Of a DNA stretch of 64,000 bases, positions 35,703 through 45,349 are shown in pieces. Under the pieces are notes generated by a model, which was not told where the DNA came from, searched no databases, and saw nothing but the letters and a program-made list of their open reading frames with translations. The translations under genes were made by a program, and so were the position numbers. This stretch comes from Candidatus Woesearchaeota archaeon (GTDB lineage Archaea; Nanobdellota; Nanobdellia; SCGC-AAA011-G17; UBA489), in contig CAYITG010000001.1 in the NCBI GenBank assembly GCA_964366415.1, positions 650,195 through 714,194 on the forward strand. The letters run 5' to 3'. Position 1 is the stretch's first letter. Each line of letters opens with the position of its first letter.

Positions 35703-37239
35703 CAGTATATATTGCAGGATTTATTGAGAACACCGTTAGAATAGGAATCTTCTGCTCTTCATCAATAAATGGCCTGTAGCTTATCTCTGGTTTGAAAATG
35801 TGCTGGTTTATGTAAGGGAATACTATCTTCCATTCGTTTGCAGCATTGATATTTGCAAATATATTCATCACAATATACTTCGGTTTGTCTTTTTTCATTG
35901 CTTCAATTAATTCTTCCGGTGAGTTTCCAGGTATACCTCTAACTTCTCGTACCGCTGCATATTGCAACTCTGCTTGCGTGTGGTAAGAGTATATTTTATC
36001 TTCTGGAGATGAATGCTCTTTAATCCATTGGCCTGCTTGTTTTACCTGAATAAATGACATACTTTTTTCATCAATGACTTTATTTGTATGTATCATATTC
36101 TGGTAAAATCCAATAGCTAAAAATGCCACAACAATTGCTATGGCAATGGCTTTGTTGTATCTTTTAACATGATCAAATATCGACATCAAACCTTTTCCAG
36201 CAATAATAAACATAAAGGGGTACATTAAGAACAAATATCTCTCTTCAATATATGTGCCATATCCAATGCTGACAATGTACAGAAATGGAATGAGGAATGT
36301 TAGTAAGACTAGCAAATTAGATTTTAATTTTTTTTCTTTATTTTTCCATAAGAGATCAAATCCTATAGTCAATTCAATTAAGAGCAGTGCAATCCCTATA
36401 ATGAACAGCGTCAAAAAGGCATAATGCACGTGCGGAAATGTTGTATTGATATAATCCATTAACGTTTGCCATAATGAGCGGGGACTTTCGGCTCTTCCAC
36501 CAATGGCGCTTACGTAGAAAGCAAAAGGATGTCCAAACTTTTTTATTTCATATATTAAAAATGGAAGAGCAGCAAGCACCCCTAATCCTAGACTTATCCA
36601 AAGATCTTTATTTTTTAATGGTTTTAGTTTATCTGTCACAAGAAGATATGCTATTAAAATGAATCCTAACAATGCTCCTGTAAATTTCATTAAGAATGCT
36701 AATACGATTACAGGAATGCATAGCCACAATGCCCACTTTTTTTTATGATCATACCCTTTGACGAACAACCATACTCCAAGTAACCATAGTGTTGCAACCG
36801 GCACATCAACCAATAAGCGATAACTGAAAAAAGTGAATGACCAAAATGACGATAGCATAAGAGCCGCAATCAAACCAACATGTTTGTTGTATAATTCTTT
36901 TCCAATGAGATATGTAAGGATAATCGCTACTATAGATGATACGAATGGAACGAGACGCATTATCATTTCTGGAAGATGCGCCTTGAACATCGTCGCTAGC
37001 ATTAATGGAAGCAATAAGGGACGTAGCGGATTAATGTCCCATGATGGTGTTCCGAAGGCCCACATACGAGCAATGTTCAAGTAATCTCCTTCATCCCACC
37101 AGACTGGTTGATCCCATGTTACGAAGAAATAATACAGTCGTATTGACAACATGATAACGGCAACAACAATAATGAAAGAACGATGAGGGTCTTTAATCCA
37201 TTCTAAAACCTTTTTTTCACTCTTTTTTATATCTACCAT
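35674..37239 (-). CDS. GT-C fold membrane glycosyltransferase (ArnT/PMT-like)
   Basis: It is 521 aa with >10 TM segments. A WWDEGDY acidic motif sits in the first external loop. Confidence 0.5.
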   Translation of the reverse strand: MVDIKKSEKKVLEWIKDPHRSFIIVVAVIMLSIRLYYFFVTWDQPVWWDEGDYLNIARMWAFGTPSWDINPLRPLLLPLMLATMFKAHLPEMIMRLVPFVSSIVAIILTYLIGKELYNKHVGLIAALMLSSFWSFTFFSYRLLVDVPVATLWLLGVWLFVKGYDHKKKWALWLCIPVIVLAFLMKFTGALLGFILIAYLLVTDKLKPLKNKDLWISLGLGVLAALPFLIYEIKKFGHPFAFYVSAIGGRAESPRSLWQTLMDYINTTFPHVHYAFLTLFIIGIALLLIELTIGFDLLWKNKEKKLKSNLLVLLTFLIPFLYIVSIGYGTYIEERYLFLMYPFMFIIAGKGLMSIFDHVKRYNKAIAIAIVVAFLAIGFYQNMIHTNKVIDEKSMSFIQVKQAGQWIKEHSSPEDKIYSYHTQAELQYAAVREVRGIPGNSPEELIEAMKKDKPKYIVMNIFANINAANEWKIVFPYINQHIFKPEISYRPFIDEEQKIPILTVFSINPAIYTANVSSREQV

Positions 37240-37306
37240 TCTATGAATTGGCCTCTTTTATCTATAAAAAGTTATGGATTGCTTCGCATTTTCCTCTCCT
37301 TGATAA

Positions 37307-38362
37307 CTATCGTGCTGTTGCAATTCTTGTCCATTTGTCATTATATTGGCTACGTAGAATTCTTGTTTCATAGAATACTCTTATCCACATATATAATCTT
37401 GCTACCATGAGCAACGCTGTCCATCCATATTCTTTTATTGTATGCGGATAAGACCATGCTAAAAAAAATCCTTCTATCATTTCATTTGTAAATGATTTTA
37501 CTCGTGGTATTTCTTTTATATCAACATATTTTTTCAATGTTTCATGGGCTTTTGCTGTGCGCACCCTTTGCTTTAACCAGTCATCCCAGGTTGTTGGATT
37601 CTTCACAAGAACTTGCGCGTGCTCCGCATATGCAATATCATACTCTTTCTTTCTGAACATGTATGGGATGATTGTATCTTCCGCAACATCAACTGGGATT
37701 TCCTTTATTACATGATTGCGGCATGCGAATAAATATCCGGTGCACTCAAGAAACTTTTTTTCAGACTCACGTTTTCTTATTTCATGCGCACCTGCATCTG
37801 CCAAAAGATGCGACCAATATCCCAACATTGTATTTTTCGCATTTGCAGATATAACACGACCGGATACACAACCTACTTTTGAATTTTCAAATGGCCTGAT
37901 TATTTCGTTAATTGCATGCGGAAGCAGAGTTACATCACCGTCAGTAAATACTATAATCTTTCCTTTCATCTCTTTTAGCGCATCATTGATGGCTGCAGCT
38001 TTTCCCTTTCCTTGATCTTTTATCCAATGCACTGGATATCCTCTTTGTGCATACATGTGTGTGAGATCCTCTGCTTCTTTATCCGGAGAAACGATGACTA
38101 TTTCATAAGCAGCTTTAATCTCTTGAGTTATGATTGCCTGAATAGCGGCTGCAAGATGAGGCTCATGATGGGAGGTCATCATAATAGAAATATCTGGCTT
38201 TTCCGATGTAGAGTGCTTGTTTGAGAGGGATTTTAAGGCCATTTTTTTGCCTTTTGAAGGACTTTCTTTCATCCTATTGTTTCTTCTTTTCATTCGTGTG
38301 ATGGCTTGCTTTCTATGCATATCCTGTTCTTTACTCTTACTATGATGATCTTTTTTTAGCAT
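37307..38362 (-). CDS. GT2 glycosyltransferase with a basic N-terminal extension
   Basis: The GT2 core has a DGD motif (IIVFTDGDV). The N-terminal ~60 aa are Lys/Arg/Ser-rich and low-complexity. Confidence 0.6.
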   Translation of the reverse strand: MLKKDHHSKSKEQDMHRKQAITRMKRRNNRMKESPSKGKKMALKSLSNKHSTSEKPDISIMMTSHHEPHLAAAIQAIITQEIKAAYEIVIVSPDKEAEDLTHMYAQRGYPVHWIKDQGKGKAAAINDALKEMKGKIIVFTDGDVTLLPHAINEIIRPFENSKVGCVSGRVISANAKNTMLGYWSHLLADAGAHEIRKRESEKKFLECTGYLFACRNHVIKEIPVDVAEDTIIPYMFRKKEYDIAYAEHAQVLVKNPTTWDDWLKQRVRTAKAHETLKKYVDIKEIPRVKSFTNEMIEGFFLAWSYPHTIKEYGWTALLMVARLYMWIRVFYETRILRSQYNDKWTRIATAR

Positions 38363-38445
38363 TTTTATGATTACTTCTTTTCTGTATAAAAAGGTTATTA
38401 CTTACAAGTAAAAAGTTTTATAAGAATCAGCATGATAGCATTGTT

Positions 38446-39345
38446 ATGGCAGAGAAGATTTTAGTTGTATTACTACATGGCATTGGAGATAGTTTGATGG
38501 CGCAACCGGCGCTTCATGCTCTCAAGAAAAAATATCCTGATAGTTCTTTAACCATCATGACGATCAAAAATAATGTATTCAAGGATTTGTGGAGCATGGA
38601 TAAAACTGCTGATGAGGTATTATTTTCTTCTTTAGAACATAATCCTTCTTATGGCAATCCTTTATTCTGGATTGGAGACTATTGGACAATACGACGTGAC
38701 ATTCGGCGTGCAGTGAAGGCTCACGGATTTACGCGCGTGTATTTTGTGAAAATGTTTTTGATGTCTGCTAAGATTTATTCTTTTTTACATTTACCGCGTT
38801 ATGAAGAACATAAAACATTGAAAATTGCACGTGAACTTGATGTTGTACTCAGTGACCAACGTTATTCGCTTGCTTATCATAACGACGATCGCATGTGGGC
38901 AAAGACTTTTTTGTCTGAACGAAAGTTGGACCCAGATGTTTTAATCGGCATTCACACTAGTGGATCGCATCCATCGAAATCTTTGTCTGCTGAAACTATA
39001 AAATCTTTGGTTGAAACTCTTCGTTCTTTAGGATACCAGATTGTTGTTTTTCATAGTGCATCCTCTTATGAACGTGATAAAAAAAGCTTGCCTCCTGACG
39101 TTCCAGTTTGCATGCCTGATTCTTTACTGCATACTGCCGCTGTTGTTGATCAGTGTAAAGCTTTGATCTGTGTTGACTCTGGCATTGGGCATCTTGCAGC
39201 TGCATTGAATAAAAAAGTGTTAAGTATTTATTTTAAAAATGTGTGGATGAAGAATTCTTTAGCCTTGGGAGATCACATTGTACCTTATTTGTACACTAAG
39301 AATATTCCTCGCTTATTAGAATATGTGCAATCATTTCTTCAATAA
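38446..39345 (+). CDS. GT9 family glycosyltransferase (heptosyltransferase-like)
   Basis: It has LHGIGDSLMAQP and CVDSGIGHLAAALNKKVL. Confidence 0.55.
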   Translation: MAEKILVVLLHGIGDSLMAQPALHALKKKYPDSSLTIMTIKNNVFKDLWSMDKTADEVLFSSLEHNPSYGNPLFWIGDYWTIRRDIRRAVKAHGFTRVYFVKMFLMSAKIYSFLHLPRYEEHKTLKIARELDVVLSDQRYSLAYHNDDRMWAKTFLSERKLDPDVLIGIHTSGSHPSKSLSAETIKSLVETLRSLGYQIVVFHSASSYERDKKSLPPDVPVCMPDSLLHTAAVVDQCKALICVDSGIGHLAAALNKKVLSIYFKNVWMKNSLALGDHIVPYLYTKNIPRLLEYVQSFLQ

Positions 39346-40458
39346 TGTTCGTGCTTTTGTGATTACTTCATCTGGCGTGATTGATCGCATGCATTCGTAA
39401 CCTTTGTTGTATATACAGAAATAACGCCGACAGCCCACACACCCTTCTTCTTTCCATATATATGCGGGGCTCTTTCCTGTTGGACCCCAAAATGTTGGAA
39501 TGGTAGGACCAAATAATGTCAAGACAGGCTTGTCAAATGCTGAGGCAATATGTGTTGCTGAAGAATCAATGGTGATAAGCAGGTCTAGATTTTTTATTAA
39601 CGACATGAACTCATCGAATGTTGTCTTTCCTGTTAGATTAACTGTTCCTTTAACATTGGAGAGTTCATTGAGAATGCTTTGCACTTGGTCTCTTTCTTGC
39701 TTTACTCCCATCATGATTATTGTTGCTTTTCTTTTTTGGTAATATTCTATCACTTCTTTCCATTTTTCTTTATACCATCGTTGAGAATAATGCGCAGATG
39801 CAGCATTGATCCCTATCCAAGGCCGAGGATATTTCTTCAGTATTTTTTTTATTCTTTTTTCTGCCACTGTTGATGGAAAGAGTTCAAGATGTTTGTCTTT
39901 CGTTTCGATGCCAATACTTCTGATGACATCGAGATTATCTTCTATTTTATGTTGCTCTTTATTATTTGGAAATATTTTTTTGTTGAGAAAAAATCCTTTG
40001 CCATATGTTATTCCTGTTTTTGTGCCGCCAATCCTATACTTTACTTTTCCAAGCAATAACAATAAACTTATTTTCCATGATCCTGGATGGAGCATGATTC
40101 CCAGATCATACTTTTTTTCCCTTAGTATATCCTTTGTTCGTGAAAATGTTACGTATGGAATACACTGTTTAATGTTTTTGTTTCCTTTTAGGACATCTTC
40201 CTTTCCTTGTTTTATTAACACGTCAATTTCTGCATCTTTGAAGTGTTGCTTCAATGCTTTTAATGTAGGCGTACTAACGATGAGATCCCCATAGTTCAAT
40301 AATTCAACAACAAGAATTCTTTTAACGCTCTTAGGAAATGACTTAAACTTAAATGGATTTACTAATAAATAGATAAGATAATCTATGTTCTGCATGCTAT
40401 CTCGTATGTAGTCTTCTATTTTTTTTATTATGTAAATGCCCATAACATATCCATTCAA
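39331..40458 (-). CDS. GT9 family glycosyltransferase (heptosyltransferase-like)
   Basis: It has LNYGDLIVSTPTLKAL and TIDSSATHIASAFDKPVLTLFGPT. A C-terminal Cys cluster reads CVGCRRYFC. Confidence 0.6.
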   Translation of the reverse strand: MNGYVMGIYIIKKIEDYIRDSMQNIDYLIYLLVNPFKFKSFPKSVKRILVVELLNYGDLIVSTPTLKALKQHFKDAEIDVLIKQGKEDVLKGNKNIKQCIPYVTFSRTKDILREKKYDLGIMLHPGSWKISLLLLLGKVKYRIGGTKTGITYGKGFFLNKKIFPNNKEQHKIEDNLDVIRSIGIETKDKHLELFPSTVAEKRIKKILKKYPRPWIGINAASAHYSQRWYKEKWKEVIEYYQKRKATIIMMGVKQERDQVQSILNELSNVKGTVNLTGKTTFDEFMSLIKNLDLLITIDSSATHIASAFDKPVLTLFGPTIPTFWGPTGKSPAYIWKEEGCVGCRRYFCIYNKGYECMRSITPDEVITKARTLLKK

Positions 40459-40521
40459 GAGGAACTTTATAAAACCGCTCTTCCATCATCTTTTTAAGCC
40501 CCTTCTTTTTCTTACTCTCTT

Positions 40522-41703
40522 ATGAATATTCTTTATGTTGCCCCGGAAATTACGCTTCCTGGTTCAGATGGCGGATCTGCCCATGTTGCAGGAAAACTTT
40601 TATCTCTCCAAAGATTAGGCCATTTTATTATTCTTCTTTGTAAACATTCACCAGGACAAACATTTTTCGAACGAAAACATTCTATTTTTACTCTTCGCAT
40701 ACCTCTTCCTGACATTTTTCTTTTAAAAAACCTTGAACTTATTCTTCTCCCTCTTTTCATTCTCCCCTTTTTTTTAATACGATATCGTATCGATCTGGTC
40801 TATGAACGAGGGAGAATATTTGGAGGTATTGGCGTATTTTTAGCATTTTTGTTTCATATACGCTCAATTTATGAACTTAATGAACCTTATTCGGATATTC
40901 CCTTACTTCTTGGAAGATTTTCTTCTACATCTCTGATCAGTAAATTTATGCAGAAATGGCATCAATGCGCTGTTCGTCTGGCGACTCTTGTTACAGTCAC
41001 GCATGCATCACTTATTCGTCACGGTATTGCCCCAGCAGAAAAAACTATCGTTATTGACCATGGCGTTGATACGTCCCTATTTTTTCCAACTCCTTCACAC
41101 ATACGTCGTAAATATCATCTTCAAAAGAAATTTGTTATTCTCTATAGCGGTAGTTTCGCACCTTGGCACTCTTGCGATCGCATAATTCTAGCTGCACAAC
41201 TTCTTCGTGAACAAAAAGATATTGTTTTTATCCTTGTAGGCAAGGGCGACATGTTTGAACGCTGTCGTATGCTTGTAAAACAATTTGGTTTAGAGCGTTC
41301 TGTTATATTCTCAGGCCCTGTTCCTTATCGTGCTATGCCTGCATATATTAATGCTGCTGATGTTTGCCTTGCACTTTTTGATCGCACTTATCCCCCATTC
41401 TTAAAATATTCTTTTTTTTATTCTCCCATGAAGATTAATGAGTATCGTGCATCCGGTAAACCAGTTATTGCCAGCAATTTTGGCAAGCTCACAACTCTTA
41501 TTACTCATGGCCGCCATGGACTCTTAGTTAATGAGCAGCACCCTCAAGATGTTGCTTCTTCTATTATAAAATTGTTTCATAATCCTTCTCTCTGTAAAAA
41601 AATAGGAAATAACAACCTTAAAGATATTCAACAACATTATCTATGGGATCTTATAAACCGCCGCATCTTACGTGAGCTTCAGCAACGAACGTCATCTTTT
41701 TAA
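40522..41703 (+). CDS. GT4 glycosyltransferase
   Basis: The N-terminus MNILYVAPEITLPGSDGGSAHV and the C-terminus EYRASGKPVIASNFG...HGRHGLLV are typical of GT4. Confidence 0.75.
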   Translation: MNILYVAPEITLPGSDGGSAHVAGKLLSLQRLGHFIILLCKHSPGQTFFERKHSIFTLRIPLPDIFLLKNLELILLPLFILPFFLIRYRIDLVYERGRIFGGIGVFLAFLFHIRSIYELNEPYSDIPLLLGRFSSTSLISKFMQKWHQCAVRLATLVTVTHASLIRHGIAPAEKTIVIDHGVDTSLFFPTPSHIRRKYHLQKKFVILYSGSFAPWHSCDRIILAAQLLREQKDIVFILVGKGDMFERCRMLVKQFGLERSVIFSGPVPYRAMPAYINAADVCLALFDRTYPPFLKYSFFYSPMKINEYRASGKPVIASNFGKLTTLITHGRHGLLVNEQHPQDVASSIIKLFHNPSLCKKIGNNNLKDIQQHYLWDLINRRILRELQQRTSSF

Positions 41704-41727
41704 AGTATTTTCATTGATTTTGTCCTT

Positions 41728-42459
41728 ATGAACCCCTCCTGGAAAAAAATTGTGGTCATGTTGCCTACTTATAATGAGGCGACGAATATTGCGCCCCTCA
41801 TAGAAGCATTGCTTGCTTTGCATATCCCCTCTTTACATGTTCTCGTTGTTGATGATGCTAGCCCAGATGGCACTGCACATATTGTTAGATCCCTCATGAA
41901 AAAATATCATCAGGTGCATCTTCTTGTACGACATACTGATAAGGGAAGAGGAACAGCAGGTATTGCCGGTTATAAAAAAGCCTTAGAAATGGGGGCTGAC
42001 GTTGTTTGTGAGATGGATGCTGACTTTTCTCATGATCCTCGTTTTTTACCTTTTTTATTGCAAAGATTGCATTCTACAGATATTGTCCTAGGATCTAGAG
42101 CTGTTCACGGCGGGAGTGACATTGACCGACCTTTTTTTCGTCAAATTCTTACTAAACTTGCAAATCTTTACATTGCTCTTCTCTTGGGATTACATGTGAA
42201 AGATTGTAATTCGGGGTATCGTTGCTTTCGGAGATATGTTCTTGAATCTTTGAATCTTGATTCTCTTACCTCGAAAGGCCCTGCTATTGTGCAAGAAGTT
42301 CTCTATCGTGCTCACCTTAAAGGGTTTTCCATTGATGAGGTGCCCATCACCTTTGTTGAGCGTCGTAGGGGAACATCAAAGCTTGGTTTTTCTCACCTTT
42401 ATCAAGGGTATTTATTTATCATTAAATTAAAAATGCTTCACCTTTTGAGAAAAATTTAA
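41728..42459 (+). CDS. GT2 dolichyl-phosphate mannose synthase-like (DPM1-like)
   Basis: It has IVVMLPTYNEATNI, VLVVDDASPDGT, DADFSHDP, and a C-terminal VPITFVERRRGTSKL. Confidence 0.8.
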   Translation: MNPSWKKIVVMLPTYNEATNIAPLIEALLALHIPSLHVLVVDDASPDGTAHIVRSLMKKYHQVHLLVRHTDKGRGTAGIAGYKKALEMGADVVCEMDADFSHDPRFLPFLLQRLHSTDIVLGSRAVHGGSDIDRPFFRQILTKLANLYIALLLGLHVKDCNSGYRCFRRYVLESLNLDSLTSKGPAIVQEVLYRAHLKGFSIDEVPITFVERRRGTSKLGFSHLYQGYLFIIKLKMLHLLRKI

Positions 42460-43487
42460 TTATTGTTTTTAAAAATGTGTTCGAGCATTTTATAATTTTT
42501 TATTAAATTTTTTGTTTCCGTGAGAGAAGGCATACTGCGCCCAGGTGCAGGATTATATGCAAATGCATCCATGTCTAATGCCTCATGATCTTCTTGTAAC
42601 TCCGCAATTTCTTGCTTTATTTTCATTTTTTTGTAGTTGTATTGAATACGAGCATCCATCTTTTGAGGCAATATTTTTCTTATCGTCAGATAATGTTTCA
42701 TCAGAAAAGTTACTACGCTTTTTTTGTAGCCACTTGATTTTGTCAGACTTTTTTCTTTGAACATTATTCTTGCCTCCTTATTATAACATCTTATCACTTC
42801 TTCCCATGTCCATTGTGGGTGATTTGTTAATGTGTATATCCCAGGTCTTACTTCTTTCTTCATACATTTTATTATTGCTTCGGTGATTGTTACCGTATGT
42901 ACAATATTCGATGGTTTATTTAGCGGTACTGTTATTTTTATTACCGAAGCTGATGCTATTTTCTGGCACAATTGTTTTGTTGCTTGTTGGTTTATACCAA
43001 ATACATGGCCTAGACGAAGTATATATCCTTGCTTTTTTTCTTTCCTGCACACTGCTTGTAATTTTTTTTCAAGATGTCTCTTTTCCTTATCATAATATGG
43101 TTTTGGGCCCAGAAAATGAATTCTTGGATCAATTTTCTTAGATAAAGCTCTTATTGAACTGAAATATATAATGGAAGCATTTGACTTGGCATATTTAACT
43201 GCATTCTCTACTAACTTCTCATTTATTCTCCAATTTTCTTTTGCAGACATTTGTAACTGTGGCCACATATATGCCGCGATCACAACACTGTCGCAATCTC
43301 GTAGCGCTCTCTTTGCATCTTCTTCATTCGTTATATCTTCGATCCGACACGAAAAATTATGATGCTGCAGAAAAGCTGTTCCCATTACATTTCTTACAAT
43401 AGGAATGACTTCATACCCTGCGAGGTTCAACATGAAACATATCTCTGTTCCTACTTGACTATTTGCTCCAACTACTCCTATTTTCAT
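42456..43487 (-). CDS. NAD(P)-binding Rossmann-fold protein (epimerase/dehydratase or NmrA-like)
   Basis: It has an N-terminal MKIGVVGANSQVG glycine-rich loop. It overlaps the upstream Gfo/Idh/MocA gene by 4 nt. Confidence 0.5.
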   Translation of the reverse strand: MKIGVVGANSQVGTEICFMLNLAGYEVIPIVRNVMGTAFLQHHNFSCRIEDITNEEDAKRALRDCDSVVIAAYMWPQLQMSAKENWRINEKLVENAVKYAKSNASIIYFSSIRALSKKIDPRIHFLGPKPYYDKEKRHLEKKLQAVCRKEKKQGYILRLGHVFGINQQATKQLCQKIASASVIKITVPLNKPSNIVHTVTITEAIIKCMKKEVRPGIYTLTNHPQWTWEEVIRCYNKEARIMFKEKSLTKSSGYKKSVVTFLMKHYLTIRKILPQKMDARIQYNYKKMKIKQEIAELQEDHEALDMDAFAYNPAPGRSMPSLTETKNLIKNYKMLEHIFKNNN

Positions 43488-44467
43488 TGCCTTTTTCCTT
43501 TCGCATATATGTCCGTTATTAATTGCGTTGTTGCAAGAGATGTTTCTGTTATCGCGTCTAGCTTTCGCTGGTTTACTGCTTTTTCAAGGAAAAACTTCCA
43601 TTTTAAATAAAAAGATTGGTAAAATGTTGTCGCCCACTTTCTATCATGGTTTAATATCATTACTTCTTTTTTTTCTTTTTGTTGAAACACTGTGATTTGA
43701 GCATCTGCGCTTACATGGTTAAATGATAGCATAGCGTTATCAAAATGATACACTGATTCTGTTTTCATTGGCCTGATTAAACTCAGGTTATATGTGATGG
43801 GCACAACTTCTTTACCTTTTGTTGCTTTTATTGTTGCTTGGACATCACTATCAAAATTATTTATGTACTCAATCTCTGATTGTCTGACCACGAAGGCGTG
43901 ATCTTTTAGAATATTTGTAACTTGACTTAATGTGTGGCATCCTGATTCCATAAGAATACCGCCGCCACTCATCTCCGATTTTGTTTGATAATGCTCTTTT
44001 CCTTTCTTTGTTTTTCCAGCAATACCTCCTTCTTCGATATCAATTGCATTTAATTTTCCAAAAATTCCTGAGGCTATAATTTCTTTTATTTGATGAACTG
44101 AATTGTAGTATATTCTCATATAATTTGCAGTTATTTTATCTGAAAAAGAGAGCAGTCTCTTATGCATCTCTGTATCTGTGGCAAATGGCTTTTCAGTAAA
44201 AATGTATGTATTTCTTGCCCCAAATTCTCGGATATACCTTTCGCGAACACCTACTGGCGTTGTAAGCAATAGAATATCACATTCTGGCAATTTTTCTGGA
44301 TTTTCAATCTTTATTCTTTCTGTTTTTATTTGAACATTTGGGATCTTCACATCTGCAACATACTTGATACTCACATTGTCGAAACATGAGAGCAAAGGAA
44401 TATGCGTACTTGTCGCAATTTCTCCTGCTCCAATAATCCCCACCTGTAATTTTTTATTCTTTTCCAT
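43484..44467 (-). CDS. Gfo/Idh/MocA family oxidoreductase
   Basis: The N-terminus reads KLQVGIIGAGEIATSTHIPLL. Confidence 0.75.
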   Translation of the reverse strand: MEKNKKLQVGIIGAGEIATSTHIPLLSCFDNVSIKYVADVKIPNVQIKTERIKIENPEKLPECDILLLTTPVGVRERYIREFGARNTYIFTEKPFATDTEMHKRLLSFSDKITANYMRIYYNSVHQIKEIIASGIFGKLNAIDIEEGGIAGKTKKGKEHYQTKSEMSGGGILMESGCHTLSQVTNILKDHAFVVRQSEIEYINNFDSDVQATIKATKGKEVVPITYNLSLIRPMKTESVYHFDNAMLSFNHVSADAQITVFQQKEKKEVMILNHDRKWATTFYQSFYLKWKFFLEKAVNQRKLDAITETSLATTQLITDIYAKGKRQ

Positions 44468-44518
44468 ATCCTTTTCTTACTCGAAACCTTTTTTAACCTT
44501 TTTACTTCTTCCCCGAGC

Positions 44519-45349
44519 ATGAATATGCTTTTCCGTCGGCCACATGAGAGCAATTCAAAGATTAAGAACTTTTTTTATAGAACCTTTGGAGTCCCTCATG
44601 TGGGCACGCGGTTGAGGGGCCGTGCTGTTTTTTCACTTTTTCCTCATTCAAAAAAACCCCTATGTATACTGGATATAGGATGCGGGGCAGCTTATTTCTC
44701 TTATGAACTACAAAAACACGGACACCATGTTACAAGTCTCGATTCGTTAAAGGGTATGAACAAAGAAGACATCAAAAAATTTGAAACTATCTTCAAGAAA
44801 GGTGGACAAACTTTTCATTTTGTCGAGGGAAATGCAACACATTTGCCTTTTCCAGAAAAATCTTTTGATGTCATTATTATTGCTGATGTGATAGAGCATA
44901 TTGATGATGAAGATAAAGTGATGAAAGAGATACGTCGTGTCTTGAAACCTCAAGGATACTTTATCGCATCTACGCCAGCCACAGGGTTTCATCGTGGAAA
45001 ATTCAAACGTTTTTTCAGATTTTTACATCAACACACTTTCCTCAGGACGCTCCCTTTTTGGGACACTGTTCAGCTGTACCCTGAAAGCCATATGAAATCC
45101 GAAGGGCATCTTCGAGAATATTCTCTTGCATATTGGAAACTGCTTTGCAAACAACACCATTTTTCTTTAGAAGATTGGACATATGAATACAAACTCTTTA
45201 GCGCATTTTTTGTAGAATTATACCACACTTTTGCTTTTATTGATCGCTATGGCAATTATCTTTTTCCGTTCATGTACCCTTTTACCTTTCTTGATTCTCT
45301 CCTACCAATTAAAGGAACTGGCATCGCTATCCGTGCAAGAAAAATTTGA
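44519..45349 (+). CDS. class I SAM-dependent methyltransferase
   Basis: Motif I is ILDIGCGAAYFS and the acidic motif is IIIADVIEHIDD. Confidence 0.75.
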   Translation: MNMLFRRPHESNSKIKNFFYRTFGVPHVGTRLRGRAVFSLFPHSKKPLCILDIGCGAAYFSYELQKHGHHVTSLDSLKGMNKEDIKKFETIFKKGGQTFHFVEGNATHLPFPEKSFDVIIIADVIEHIDDEDKVMKEIRRVLKPQGYFIASTPATGFHRGKFKRFFRFLHQHTFLRTLPFWDTVQLYPESHMKSEGHLREYSLAYWKLLCKQHHFSLEDWTYEYKLFSAFFVELYHTFAFIDRYGNYLFPFMYPFTFLDSLLPIKGTGIAIRARKI

